Assembly: GCA_021802305.1 (NCBI GenBank)
Contig: JAKAAD010000001.1
Coordinates: forward strand, 1-31,960
Direction: 5' to 3'
Length of the DNA: 31,960 nucleotides
DNA from: a bacterium
GTDB taxonomy: Bacteria > Chlamydiota > Chlamydiia > Chlamydiales > Rhabdochlamydiaceae
In this document: piece by piece, positions 16,135-26,195 of the stretch
Layout: each line of letters begins with the position of its first letter
Position numbering within the stretch: position 1 is the first letter of the stretch
Made by a program: the position numbers and the translations under genes
The notes under the pieces: model-generated
What the model was told of the DNA's origin: nothing
The model's input: only the letters and a program-made list of their open reading frames with translations
Databases searched by the model: none

Positions 16135-18027
16135 TTATACTGGTAAGGACATTTGTGTAGGTAGATTTTCAAACTTAGGAATCACCTTTTTCGCTTTTGT
16201 GTAATCGCGAAGCGATGGTTTGAGATAACGCGTATCTACTTTCTTATAGCTGATGCGAGGTTCTTCTCCCGCCACATAGGTAGCTATGGTCGTTTTTAGC
16301 CAATGCTCATCATTGCGCTGAGGAAATTCAGGCTTAAAGTGCGATCCTCGAAACTCATCTCGAAGAAGAGCACTTTTAGTCATCACAGCGGCAAGATCGA
16401 GCATGGCTGCAAATTGGTGTGCAAAGAGATAAGTTTGATTGAGCAAAACTCCTGTATCGTCTAATTGGATATGGGCATAGCGCTCTTTAATTTGTTGAAT
16501 GGTGTGCAAAGCCTCTTTGAGGCCAGCATTATGGCGTTTTACTGTGACGTGCCTGATCATCACCTCCGCAAGCTCATCGTGAAGCTGATGAACGTTTTCC
16601 TTTCCATTGCGATTTCGCAGATCATTTTTGATCCACTCTTCGCGAGCGAGTGGCTCCGAGAAAATCTTGGAGGGAAGATTACCATAACTAGACGTTAGAG
16701 AATCGAGATAACGGGGGATTTCCACCCCGGCGATTAATCCTGCAAAAATACAAGAAAGTAGCGAATTTGCACCTAAGCGATTAGCTCCATGATACGCAAA
16801 ATCCGATTCTCCAATGTTAAAACACCCAGGAATATTGGTCATTTGGCGAAAGCGCTGCATTCGATCAGGGTCCTCCGCTGCGGGCCAATCCACCCAAGCT
16901 CCTCCCATGGAATAATGAACCGCGGGGAAAATCTTCATAGGTATGCGCGAAGGATCTTCTCCCGTAAACTTGCGATAGATATCTAAAACTGACTCAATTT
17001 TATGCAGGGTACTTTTGGGGAGATGCGTCACATCGAGAAAGACTTGGTGTTTGCCATCAACGCCAAGCCCCATTTCGCAGATGCGTAGAACTTCACGAGA
17101 ACCAATATCGCGCGGCACAAGATTGCCAAACGCGGGATACATCTCTTCGAGAAAATACCAAGGCTTTCCCGTCACACCACAAGGAATGATTCTTCCATCA
17201 GAAGTTTCAATGGTCTTGCTCGAATCTCCCCAGACCCAAAGACGCCCTCCCTCTCCTCGCACAGATTCCGAAATCAATCGCAATTTATCTTCAGCAGGAA
17301 TAGCCGTCGGGTGAATCTGAATGAATTCTCCATTCGCGTATTCCATGCCTTGCGCATACAACCTGCCATTCGCAGCCCCTGTGCAAAACGTAGAATTGGT
17401 CGATTTTTTGAAAATCAACCCCGGACCACCTGTTGCAATCACAACGGCATCCGCTTTTAACACGTCCAGTTGGAGATTGAGATGATCGACAAGCACAATA
17501 CCCCGCGCACGTCCTTCTTCATCAAGACATAAGCGCAAAAATTCATGATGTTCGAATTTATCAACAGCGCCTTTGACTTCGTATCTCCTAACCTGTTCGT
17601 CGAGCGCATATAAGAGTTGTTGACCTGTTGATGCCCCGCAAAAAGCGGTGCGATGGTAGAGCGTGCCTCCAAAACGGCGAAAGTCGACATTTCCTTCCGG
17701 TGTTCTATTAAACGGACAGCCAAAACGCTCTAGCATGCGAATAATACCTGGCGCGGACAAACACATCTCTATCACTGCAGGTTGATCCGCTAAAAAATCA
17801 CCCCCTTTTAGAGTATCGTACGCATGCACCAAAGGAGAATCCTCCTCATTTTTGAGATTCATCCCAGCGTTAATTCCGCCTTGAGCGCATACAGAATGGG
17901 AGCGCTTGACCTTTGTCACTGAAACGATTTTGACATGGCATCCTCTCTCTGCGAGCTTCATTGCTGCAGAAAGACCTGCAAGACCGCCTCCCACAACAAT
18001 GACCTCTTTTCCTTTCTTCTCTGACAT
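16135..18027 (-). CDS. sdhA: Succinate dehydrogenase flavoprotein subunit
   Basis: VVGGGLAG, RSHSVCAQGG (FAD-linked His), RRFGG, QIHPT, SESVRGEGG, HYSMGG, HGANRLGANSL, EFRGSH. Confidence 0.96.
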   Translation of the reverse strand: MSEKKGKEVIVVGGGLAGLSAAMKLAERGCHVKIVSVTKVKRSHSVCAQGGINAGMNLKNEEDSPLVHAYDTLKGGDFLADQPAVIEMCLSAPGIIRMLERFGCPFNRTPEGNVDFRRFGGTLYHRTAFCGASTGQQLLYALDEQVRRYEVKGAVDKFEHHEFLRLCLDEEGRARGIVLVDHLNLQLDVLKADAVVIATGGPGLIFKKSTNSTFCTGAANGRLYAQGMEYANGEFIQIHPTAIPAEDKLRLISESVRGEGGRLWVWGDSSKTIETSDGRIIPCGVTGKPWYFLEEMYPAFGNLVPRDIGSREVLRICEMGLGVDGKHQVFLDVTHLPKSTLHKIESVLDIYRKFTGEDPSRIPMKIFPAVHYSMGGAWVDWPAAEDPDRMQRFRQMTNIPGCFNIGESDFAYHGANRLGANSLLSCIFAGLIAGVEIPRYLDSLTSSYGNLPSKIFSEPLAREEWIKNDLRNRNGKENVHQLHDELAEVMIRHVTVKRHNAGLKEALHTIQQIKERYAHIQLDDTGVLLNQTYLFAHQFAAMLDLAAVMTKSALLRDEFRGSHFKPEFPQRNDEHWLKTTIATYVAGEEPRISYKKVDTRYLKPSLRDYTKAKKVIPKFENLPTQMSLPV

Positions 18028-18032
18028 GCGTT

Positions 18033-19055
18033 TTAATTGTTAAGATTCCACCAATACGTGCCCCAAACCGCAAATAATCCCAAAACAATGAGAAGAACCA
18101 TCAGCCCAACAGAAACCGTGATCCAAAAGCGTTGCGCTGCCATTTTGAGGATCCACCCCCAAGTAATGAGAAATGTCCACAACCCATTAAACCCATGAAA
18201 ACAAGCAACAATGACAAATAGGGTATATAGAACAAGATAAACCGGATACTTAAACGTATTGCGCACGGTGAGTAGCGAAGCCGTTCCAAAATCAGGTGCA
18301 ATTGCAACCACGTCTCCAGGTTTAAGTGTATGCTGGGTCAACATGTTGATCCACCGCTCCTCATCGGATTTCATCCCGCTAAATTCTAGTGCTTTTTGTT
18401 CCTCGTACGTTTCATTAAAGGGAGCAGGAACACTTTGTTCCGCACGGGCAACATCGGAAAAGATTCTTTCTCCTTCTTTTGCCTCGAACTGAAGAGCAAT
18501 TTTTTCTATAGTAGGAGCATCGTAAAGGCGCACGTTGAGCTGCCTAGCAAGTTTGTACAGCCCTGCATCTGAGGAAACGGAGACATACCAGTATGTATGA
18601 TTCGCTTGGTAGATCTTTTGCGGGTAATCGATAAAACGAAACTTCGCGACATGCAAAACAATCCCTATGAGAAGCAGCCAAGCAGTGATTCTTTGCCAAT
18701 TGTAGGCGCGATTGCGACCAAGATTGAGATAGGGACGACTTCCCCTTCCTCGCGCATAAATAAATCGCGTCGTCAATAAGTATTTGATTCCCCACGCAGC
18801 ATGTACAAGTAGCGGTACGCCAATCAGTACTGTTTCGACGACCTGTAAGTACGGAAGTCCATGGATCACATTGACAAGCCGCACAAATTCGATTCCACGA
18901 TCACCCACCCATAGAGCTGCCTGTGAATTGACCGTGAGATGCTCGATCAAAAAGAGAACGATCCACAATCCAAGAAGAGAATGAACGCGCCTCCAAATAT
19001 ATGCGGAAGGAACTTCTACTTTGGGGATAGGAGGTGCCGGTACCATGCGCACCAT
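18033..19055 (-). CDS. sdhC: Succinate dehydrogenase cytochrome b558 subunit (chlamydial long form)
   Basis: RRVHSLLG, FLIEHL, LLVHAAWG, WQRITAW, VLHVAKFR, CFHGFNGLWTFLITWG; directly upstream of sdhA. The start may be 19046. Confidence 0.9.
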   Translation of the reverse strand: MVRMVPAPPIPKVEVPSAYIWRRVHSLLGLWIVLFLIEHLTVNSQAALWVGDRGIEFVRLVNVIHGLPYLQVVETVLIGVPLLVHAAWGIKYLLTTRFIYARGRGSRPYLNLGRNRAYNWQRITAWLLLIGIVLHVAKFRFIDYPQKIYQANHTYWYVSVSSDAGLYKLARQLNVRLYDAPTIEKIALQFEAKEGERIFSDVARAEQSVPAPFNETYEEQKALEFSGMKSDEERWINMLTQHTLKPGDVVAIAPDFGTASLLTVRNTFKYPVYLVLYTLFVIVACFHGFNGLWTFLITWGWILKMAAQRFWITVSVGLMVLLIVLGLFAVWGTYWWNLNN

Positions 19056-19072
19056 TAAAACAATTTAAATTT

Positions 19073-19849
19073 TTATTGGGTAGAGAATCGAAAAAAATCT
19101 TCTGCATTTTTAGATGTCTCAGCCATTACCTTTTCTACAGAAATCCCTTTTATCCTCGCAATGCATTCCGCAGTTTCCCAAATGTACGAAGATTCATTGC
19201 GCTTTCCTCTCTTGGTTTGTGGTGCAAGGTAAGGAGCATCTGTTTCTATGAGAATTTGTTGCAATGGCATTTCCCTCACAACTTCTCGTAAAACATTGGC
19301 ATTTTTAAATGTGATAATTCCACTAAAAGAGAGATACCAACCGCGTGAGATCACTCCCTTTGCTTCGGACAATGTTCCTGTAAAGCAGTGTAGTACCGCA
19401 GGAAGATCCGCATAGTGTTCATCAGCGCAAGCAAATAGATCGGCAAAAGCATCTCGACAATGAAAGATCACCGGCAATTGACATTCTCGTGCAAGATGCA
19501 AGTGTTGCAGCAAGGATTGCTTTTGCACCTCTATAGCTTCGGGCCTGTAGTAATAATCCAACCCCGTCTCTCCAATGGCAATAAGCTTGCCTTCGCGCGC
19601 CATCTTCTCTACAAAAGAGAAAAACTTTTCAGAACTTGTGCCCGCATCATGAGGAGTAACCGCTGCCGTGGTGTAGACCCATGGATGCCTTTCATGAAGC
19701 AAAAGACCGGTTTCTAGACTGATAACATCTGTGCAAATGTTGACAATGATGCGAATATTTTTTTGCTTTGCTCTTTCGAGAATCGCTTCCACGTCGGGAA
19801 GTAGTTCAGGGGCAGTAAGGTGAGCATGGGAATCGATCAAAATTGTCAT
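19073..19849 (-). CDS. tatD: TatD-family DNase
   Basis: IDSHAHL, IGETGLDY, IFHCRDA, LHCFTG, IETDAPYLAP; start placed at MTILID (19849). Confidence 0.93.
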   Translation of the reverse strand: MTILIDSHAHLTAPELLPDVEAILERAKQKNIRIIVNICTDVISLETGLLLHERHPWVYTTAAVTPHDAGTSSEKFFSFVEKMAREGKLIAIGETGLDYYYRPEAIEVQKQSLLQHLHLARECQLPVIFHCRDAFADLFACADEHYADLPAVLHCFTGTLSEAKGVISRGWYLSFSGIITFKNANVLREVVREMPLQQILIETDAPYLAPQTKRGKRNESSYIWETAECIARIKGISVEKVMAETSKNAEDFFRFSTQ

Positions 19850-19962
19850 CGCAAGAAAAATATACACAAATCCTTTCAAAAATGGAGAATTTGGCACGGA
19901 AGATCTCGAGAAAGAAGAAAAAAGGAATTGTGATTTTCTGCGTCCCTTTTTGGAAATGGGCT

Positions 19963-20907
19963 TTACAAGATGGCCTGTAATCCACGTCGCCACATCTCTT
20001 TTCGTTCCACTGCATGTACATTAGGAAAATGTGCGAGATTGCGTTTGTGTACCTCAATGGGAATATTTGGAACAGGGGGAATTTCGATGACGAGAGGATC
20101 AAAATAGGGGAGAACTTCGCGATAGGTATACCGCCTTACGAAATCTCTTTGGATGGGAGTTTCAAATGCTTGGTCAATGAGTGCATTCCAATTCCTTTCC
20201 CAATAGTGTCTCCACGTAGTACATTTTTTCTTAAATTCCTTCTTCGGGCGTACCCAACTATAATGGTGAAAGAGCGGCAAGCCATTTACCCCTTTCACGC
20301 CTCTCTCTTTTTTTTCTGGCATGCGCAGATAGACCCCTAATCGTTCCTCTTCATTCCACAAAATATCGAGGGGGAGATCTCTTTGCACAAGAAGGGGAAG
20401 ATCATCCGTTTCTAGCGCCTGGAATCGCGCCTCAAGATAGTACCAGTACGTAGCAAAGCGAATACACGTGGTATTGTCCAATCGAGTATGGGAAAGCCAT
20501 TGTGCAAACGATTGACCTTCAACAATCTCATCGCAATCGAGAAAAAGGAGATAGTCGATTTCTTTGTTTGCAAAAAGTGCGCCAATCCAACGATTGGCAT
20601 TGTGCCAATCGACACGCCAATATGCATGAGTGGGGTAGAGAGGCGAAAACTCTCGATAGGAAACCCGAGGATCATATGCATATTCAATAAATGCAATTTC
20701 GGGGAACCTGCGATAGACCTCTTCGAGCAATCCATAGTTTTCCTGACTTCCATCAAAAAAATGGTCGCATATCACAACGAGGATCTGCTCTGCAAAAAGA
20801 CGCACGCCGTCAATACAAGCTTGCAAAAACCGAAAATCATTACTACAAAAAGAAAGGACAGTAGCAATTCTTGACAATTTGCACCCGGTCGAGGATTCTT
20901 TTTGCAT
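19963..20907 (-). CDS. Hypothetical protein, glycosyltransferase (GT-A)-like; start uncertain (20877 TTG or 20907 ATG)
   Basis: Clean ~300-aa ORF with an N-terminal beta strand IATVLSFC, a DxD motif FLDCDEI, and a late HHYSWVR. Confidence 0.55.
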   Translation of the reverse strand: MQKESSTGCKLSRIATVLSFCSNDFRFLQACIDGVRLFAEQILVVICDHFFDGSQENYGLLEEVYRRFPEIAFIEYAYDPRVSYREFSPLYPTHAYWRVDWHNANRWIGALFANKEIDYLLFLDCDEIVEGQSFAQWLSHTRLDNTTCIRFATYWYYLEARFQALETDDLPLLVQRDLPLDILWNEEERLGVYLRMPEKKERGVKGVNGLPLFHHYSWVRPKKEFKKKCTTWRHYWERNWNALIDQAFETPIQRDFVRRYTYREVLPYFDPLVIEIPPVPNIPIEVHKRNLAHFPNVHAVERKEMWRRGLQAIL

Positions 20908-21616
20908 GGGTATACTTTTTTCAGCGTATGGACAAGCTGATTTTTTTGGAAAGATCATCATGCTTGCACTCGTAGCATTGTCGGCTCTCTCTTGGTGCCT
21001 GCTGAGTTACAAAGTGTGGATGCTGCGAAAAGTCCAACGCATAACCCATGCATTTACAAAAGCTTGTCTTGAAAATAAGGACAAACTACTGCAGCAAGAA
21101 ATCCATTCCCTTCCTACATTCTCCTTTGCGCATTTCCCTAATCCCTGTGCGGAAATCTTTTTAGCGCTTAAAACAAAAGCTATGGAACTCCTCAACAAAA
21201 ACCGCTATTTTTCACAAGAATCAGGAGCATTTCTTCATCTATCTGATCTAGAAATTTTGGAAAAACACGTGCTCACAACGATCTCTTTTCAAACGAAAAA
21301 GTTGGAAAAAAATCTCTATCTTCTTTCAACGACTGTCACTCTTGCCCCCTTTATGGGTCTCCTCGGCACAGTCTGGGGTATTCTCATTTCATTTTCCCAC
21401 ATGAAAGGGGGAGGGGTGGCGCATTCGAATGCGATGGTGTTAGGAGGACTTTCTACAGCTCTTGTGACAACGGTCATGGGGCTCTTGATTGCCATTCCCG
21501 CACTCATTTCCCACAATTACTTACGCGCCCATCTCAAGCATCTCTCTTCGGACATGGAGGATTTTTTCTATGTGCTCCTTTCAGAAACTGAACTCCAATA
21601 CCGCAAGGTGGAATAA
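20906..21616 (+). CDS. tolQ: TolQ/ExbB/MotA-family proton channel
   Basis: APFMGLLGTVWGI, LSTALVTTVMGLLIAIPA; first gene of a tolQ-R-A-B-pal cluster. Confidence 0.9.
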   Translation: MGILFSAYGQADFFGKIIMLALVALSALSWCLLSYKVWMLRKVQRITHAFTKACLENKDKLLQQEIHSLPTFSFAHFPNPCAEIFLALKTKAMELLNKNRYFSQESGAFLHLSDLEILEKHVLTTISFQTKKLEKNLYLLSTTVTLAPFMGLLGTVWGILISFSHMKGGGVAHSNAMVLGGLSTALVTTVMGLLIAIPALISHNYLRAHLKHLSSDMEDFFYVLLSETELQYRKVE

Positions 21617-22032
21617 TGCGATCTTCGATGAGCGATTCCCAAGAGGAACCTACGATAAATTTAACCCCTTTGATCGACGTTGTCTTTGTCGTGCTCATTC
21701 TTTTTATTCTTATCGCCCCCATGCTCGAACTCGATCGCATTGAACTTGCGCCCGCAGCAGCACATTCGCAAGGCACCACATCCTCTCTTCAAGAAAAGAG
21801 TCCTTTGACTATTCAGGTAAAAAAAGATGACACCATTTGGTTTCAAGGGCGCGCAGTAGATACAGAAGCATTGCTCTCCTTACTCAAGGAAGCCAAACGA
21901 CACTTCCCTCAAAGCACGCCTCAATTATTGCAAGACAAACGCGCTCATTTTGGCACGTATCAAATGGTAAAAAATGCGATCGAACTAGCTGGGTTTGACC
22001 AATTAGAAATTGTGCTGCAACCGCATGGATAA
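21616..22032 (+). CDS. tolR: TolR/ExbD
   Basis: INLTPLIDVVFVVLILFIL with the conserved Asp; DKRAHFG. Confidence 0.9.
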   Translation: MRSSMSDSQEEPTINLTPLIDVVFVVLILFILIAPMLELDRIELAPAAAHSQGTTSSLQEKSPLTIQVKKDDTIWFQGRAVDTEALLSLLKEAKRHFPQSTPQLLQDKRAHFGTYQMVKNAIELAGFDQLEIVLQPHG

Positions 22033-22642
22033 GAGTCTGTCATGGAAAGCCATCATTGCTTTCCTCATATGTCTACATCTCATTTTTGCGGGCTTCATGC
22101 TATGGCAGCCTCATCCCACCACCGTTGTCATGAAAAAGAACCTATTTGTGAAGACCATACAACTCCAACCTCTCATGATCCATAAGGAGCAACCCCCAAA
22201 TAGAGTCGCTACCCCGTTGCCTACCTCCTCCCCGAAACCCCCACTCCCTGCTCGTAACCCTTCTCCCTCCAAAAAGTCTTCTCCTCTGCGCAAAAAGAAA
22301 CCCTCTGCTTCTATCCCTGAAGCCTTGCGCCGAGAACTCGCACGCAGTTTTGCAGCTCTCGAACAGGCCCCTCCCTCTTCTCCTCTCTTATCCTTAGAAG
22401 AAAAGCTCGTTGCAGCATTGCAACACGCACTTCGCTTGCCAGATTACGGTGAAGTAAAAGTGCAGCTAACCTTGCATAGTGATGGCAGCGTTGCTAAAGT
22501 CAATGTATATCGCGCAGAAAGTGAAAAAAATCGCGCGTACCTTGAAGCTCATTTGCCTCATTTAAATTTTGCAGATGTGCTAGGGAAACGAAAGAACCAA
22601 GATGATATTACCGTATCTATTGCGTTTTGTAACGCTCTGTAA
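22025..22642 (+). CDS. TolA/TonB-like energy transducer
   Basis: N-terminal TM with His (ICLHLIF), Pro/Lys-rich linker, compact C-terminal domain; lies between tolR and tolB. Confidence 0.7.
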   Translation: MDKSLSWKAIIAFLICLHLIFAGFMLWQPHPTTVVMKKNLFVKTIQLQPLMIHKEQPPNRVATPLPTSSPKPPLPARNPSPSKKSSPLRKKKPSASIPEALRRELARSFAALEQAPPSSPLLSLEEKLVAALQHALRLPDYGEVKVQLTLHSDGSVAKVNVYRAESEKNRAYLEAHLPHLNFADVLGKRKNQDDITVSIAFCNAL

Positions 22643-23918
22643 TCTTTTATTATTCTCTCTTTATGGAGAAGAAGTCCGCGTGGAACTGCAAGCAACCCAT
22701 GCTCTCAACCCTATCTACATTGGATCTGCGCGCATAGCAAACAGCACTCTTTCATCGCCATATATCAGCCAACTTCAAGAAATATTCGAACGCGACCTCA
22801 ATTGGAATGGATCGACGCGCGTTGTGCAAAGAACCCCGGAAAGAGAACAGCTTACGTACCAACCTAATATCTCTACGTGTAAAGCTATGGGCATTCCCTA
22901 TGTTGCTGTCATGAAATTCGATCAACAAGAAGTAACGCTCAAACTCTTCAACGCGCGTTCCGGGAAAATGCACATATTTTCTCCCATCCGTTTATCTGGA
23001 ATGCTCGATAGCGATAGACGGCTCATACACCGATTAGCAGACAACGTCCACAAAACTCTCTTCGACATTCATGGAATCGCCAGCACAAAAATTCTCTTTT
23101 CATGGCAAAAGCAAGAAGGAATCCCGGGATCGCCAGCCGAAATCTGGGAATGTGATTGGGATGGAGAAAATTTACGCCAAATCACCCATGAAAATTCCAC
23201 CTGCATTACTCCTGTTGCTGTTCCCTCCTCGCACTCCTTTCTCTTTGTTTCGTACAAACAAGGGAAACCTAAAATATACATTGGATCGCGAACGAACCCT
23301 TCTACGAAACCATTTGTCCCTCTAAGAGGGAATCAGCTACTCCCGGCGATTTCCATGCAACGCGATAAGATCGCTTTCATCTCTGATGTAAGTAGCCGGG
23401 CTGATCTTTTTTTGCTTTCATTGAATAGTGAAGAGGGCGAAATGGGGAAACCGCAACAACTTTTTTCCTTCCCGCGCGCCGTGCAAGCATCTCCAACATT
23501 TCACCCCGATGGATCAAAAATTGCCTTCGTTTCAGATAAAGATGGATCCCCTCGCATCTACATCATTTCGCTCAATGACTCTCCTGCTCGTCCAAGCGCA
23601 ACACTCATCAGCAAGAAAAATCGCGAAAGCACCTGTCCCGCTTGGTCTCCTGATGGCAAAAAAATCGCCTATAGTGCTAAAACGGAAGGTGTACGACAGA
23701 TTTGGATTTACGATTTTGAAAAGAAAGAGGAGAGACAGTTAACTTCAGGACCGGGAAATAAGGAAAATCCTTCTTGGGCTCCGAATAGTCAACATCTCGT
23801 GTTTAACATTTCAGATCGCGATCATGCTGACTTATATGTTGCGCATATGGATCATCCAAAGGTTTTGAAGATTACACATCAACCCGGGAAAAAACATTAT
23901 CCATCGTGGGGCGAATAA
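22602..23918 (+). CDS. tolB: TolB beta-propeller periplasmic protein
   Basis: Signal-like N-terminus; PD40 repeats PTFHPDGSKIAFVS, PAWSPDGKKIAYS, PSWAPNSQHLVF. Confidence 0.92.
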   Translation: MILPYLLRFVTLCNLLLFSLYGEEVRVELQATHALNPIYIGSARIANSTLSSPYISQLQEIFERDLNWNGSTRVVQRTPEREQLTYQPNISTCKAMGIPYVAVMKFDQQEVTLKLFNARSGKMHIFSPIRLSGMLDSDRRLIHRLADNVHKTLFDIHGIASTKILFSWQKQEGIPGSPAEIWECDWDGENLRQITHENSTCITPVAVPSSHSFLFVSYKQGKPKIYIGSRTNPSTKPFVPLRGNQLLPAISMQRDKIAFISDVSSRADLFLLSLNSEEGEMGKPQQLFSFPRAVQASPTFHPDGSKIAFVSDKDGSPRIYIISLNDSPARPSATLISKKNRESTCPAWSPDGKKIAYSAKTEGVRQIWIYDFEKKEERQLTSGPGNKENPSWAPNSQHLVFNISDRDHADLYVAHMDHPKVLKITHQPGKKHYPSWGE

Positions 23919-23979
23919 CTATATGAAATTATCCTATATACCGAAACGACGCATACTGAACACGTGCCGCAAAACGGAC

Positions 23980-24621
23980 ATGGCCAAAAACCTACTTTTC
24001 AACCCATTTCAGTACATCTTCTTTTCTCTGTTGTGTCTCTTCCTTACAAGTTGTATGGAATGGCGAGGAAATCGCTGGCCCATGCTCATCACAAATGCAA
24101 AGAAAGAAAAGCGCGCTGAATTTTGGGATGATAAAGAGAGTGAATTTATCGCATTGCAAGAAGATGATCTTAAAAATCAAACGGATGAGATGATTCCTCA
24201 GCCTGCACACGAACCAGGAAGTCTCGGCAGCTTGCTTCCGGGAATTGAAGGGTTTTTCACTCCTTCCGGCTTGGAATCCTCGATCTTTAGACACCTTCAT
24301 TTCAATACCGATGAACACATTTTGCGCTCGAAAGAAGATCTTGCAGCACTCGATATCATTGCAGAATACCTAAACAGCCATCCAAATGTGTTTGTCTTTA
24401 TTGAAGGCCATTGCGATGAAAGAGGAGCAGAGGCATACAATCTTTCTTTAGGAACGCGGCGCTCCAATGCAGTGCGCGCACAGCTCGTAAAGAGAGGAGT
24501 CGATCCCGACCGCTTGCATACAATTTCTTATGGGAAGGAACGCCCATTCATTCTTGGGCATGGCAATGAATTTTGGGCTAAAAATCGCCGTGCAGAGTTT
24601 AAACTCTACAAAAAACCGTGA
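23980..24621 (+). CDS. pal: Peptidoglycan-associated lipoprotein Pal
   Basis: Lipobox-like LFLTSC; IEGHCDERG..YNLSLGTRRSNAV, ISYGKERP, NRRAEF. The alternative start is 23923. Confidence 0.92.
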   Translation: MAKNLLFNPFQYIFFSLLCLFLTSCMEWRGNRWPMLITNAKKEKRAEFWDDKESEFIALQEDDLKNQTDEMIPQPAHEPGSLGSLLPGIEGFFTPSGLESSIFRHLHFNTDEHILRSKEDLAALDIIAEYLNSHPNVFVFIEGHCDERGAEAYNLSLGTRRSNAVRAQLVKRGVDPDRLHTISYGKERPFILGHGNEFWAKNRRAEFKLYKKP

Positions 24622-25133
24622 AAGCACTTCCTTGGAATGTGTCTGTATGGGCCATCCTTTGTGTATGCATCTCTTTGGTTGCTAAGCCCGCCCGCATAGA
24701 GCCCTCGCATGACGAAGAACTTCGTGTACAAATTGCCGATCTTCAATATGCTCTTCATGCTGCCCGCGTAGACATCGCGATCTTGGAAGAGCGCATTGCA
24801 AAGCTCGAAAAACAAGAAACCCACCACCCCGAAGCGAAAAAATCTCAAGAAGAATGCAGAGAATCACAAACTCGTACACTCAAACTTATCGAAGAAAAAC
24901 TCGAAGCACAGGAAAAAAAGTTTCAAGAAATCGCTAAATTAAAGCATGCCATTTCTGCACTTGCAACGACTTCGGAAAAAAAAGCTCCTATCCACCGAGT
25001 CCAAGCAGGAGAAACTTTAGAAAAGATTGCGCGTGCGCATCATATCACCGTGGATGCTATCAAAGAAGCAAATCATCTAAAAACCACGACCATTTACGTG
25101 GGACAAGAGCTTGAACTCCCAGATGCACGTTGA
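24618..25133 (+). CDS. Coiled-coil + LysM-domain protein
   Basis: Signal/TM N-terminus, coiled coil, C-terminal HRVQAGETLEKIARAH...ANHL...IYVGQEL; GTG start overlaps the pal stop. Confidence 0.88.
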   Translation: MKALPWNVSVWAILCVCISLVAKPARIEPSHDEELRVQIADLQYALHAARVDIAILEERIAKLEKQETHHPEAKKSQEECRESQTRTLKLIEEKLEAQEKKFQEIAKLKHAISALATTSEKKAPIHRVQAGETLEKIARAHHITVDAIKEANHLKTTTIYVGQELELPDAR

Positions 25134-25956
25134 AAAACAGATCCCGGACAACGAACTTCCCATTGCTATTTTTGACTCCGGCGTAGGCGGCCTTTCAGTA
25201 GTTCGCGCCCTGCGTGAACTCCTTCCTCGAGAAAATTTGCTCTACTTTGCAGATACTGCCCATCTTCCTTACGGAGAAAAATCTCCGAACACCATCTTAC
25301 AATGCGTTAAAAAGAGCTTGGCCATCGTCCAGCGGTATCGCCCCAAAATGCTCCTCATTGCTTGCAATACGGCCTGGATAGTTGCTCACAAAGAAATTCG
25401 TTCTTCTTTTTCCATTCCTGTCATCAGCATCAGCGAACAAGGCATCGCATCGCTTAGTGAAACTGAAACCATTGCTATTTTGGGAACGCGCGCAACGATT
25501 ACTTCCGGCTATTTTCAAAAAGAAATTTCCATGCGCATACCAAAGGCTTTACTTTTCCCCATTGCCTGTCCTCTTTTTGTACTCCTCGTTGAATTTGGCC
25601 TCATGGAGCACGAAATGACCGCTTCCATCGCGCGTTCCTACCTTTTACAACTGCAAAAACAGCGCATTGACCAAGTACTTCTTGCGTGCTCGCATTTCCC
25701 TTTCCTTAACCCGATCCTTCAACAAACAATTGGAGAAAACGCCAGGCTTATTGATCCCGCTTGGGAGTGTGCACAGGAGACATATCGCACTCTTTTGCAC
25801 GTACATCTTATGAATCCACAGCAACAACCTGGCATGCTGCGTTGTTTCGTAACAAAAAATCCAAAAGCATTCCAAGCAACGGGCAAACAATTGCTAAACG
25901 ATCCCCATCTTTCTGCGTTTCTATATATGGAGGAGAAATATCCATCGTTGCATTAG
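25123..25956 (+). CDS. murI: Glutamate racemase
   Basis: IAIFDSGVGGLSV, DTAHLPYGEKS, IACNTA, ILGTRATI, LACSHFP (both catalytic Cys present). Confidence 0.9.
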   Translation: MHVEKQIPDNELPIAIFDSGVGGLSVVRALRELLPRENLLYFADTAHLPYGEKSPNTILQCVKKSLAIVQRYRPKMLLIACNTAWIVAHKEIRSSFSIPVISISEQGIASLSETETIAILGTRATITSGYFQKEISMRIPKALLFPIACPLFVLLVEFGLMEHEMTASIARSYLLQLQKQRIDQVLLACSHFPFLNPILQQTIGENARLIDPAWECAQETYRTLLHVHLMNPQQQPGMLRCFVTKNPKAFQATGKQLLNDPHLSAFLYMEEKYPSLH

Positions 25957-26105
25957 AAATAGATGCGAAAGGGCGCAAACAACTCCTAGGATTTTGGCAA
26001 AGAAGAAAACCATGCCATGTGCCAAGGACTGCTAGCTGATGTAAAAGCAAGAAAATCGATATTGAATGAAGACGTACTATGGAAGGAAAAGGCATCGTTA
26101 AGGCA
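25944..26105 (+). mobile_element. IS256-family transposase internal remnant
   Basis: IVALEIDAKGRKQLLGFWQ / ENHAMCQGLLADVKAR...VLW / GKGIVKA across two frameshifts; matches the DDE-region pattern of IS256 as recalled. Confidence 0.6.
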
Positions 26106-26157
26106 TCTGACATTGAATCGGTTAGCATCTGTTTCCCATTAAATCCGTGGCCATCAA

Positions 26158-26195
26158 TAGATCGTCTCAGAAAAGGGGGAAAATCACACGCTTAG
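26158..26195 (+). mobile_element. Degenerate Tn3-family (Tn21-like) 38-bp terminal inverted repeat
   Basis: TAGATCGTCTCAGAAAAGGGGGAAAATCACACGCTTAG; 27/38 ungapped to the Tn21 IR as recalled (GGGGTCGTCTCAGAAAACGGAAAATAAAGCACGCTAAG). Confidence 0.6.
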
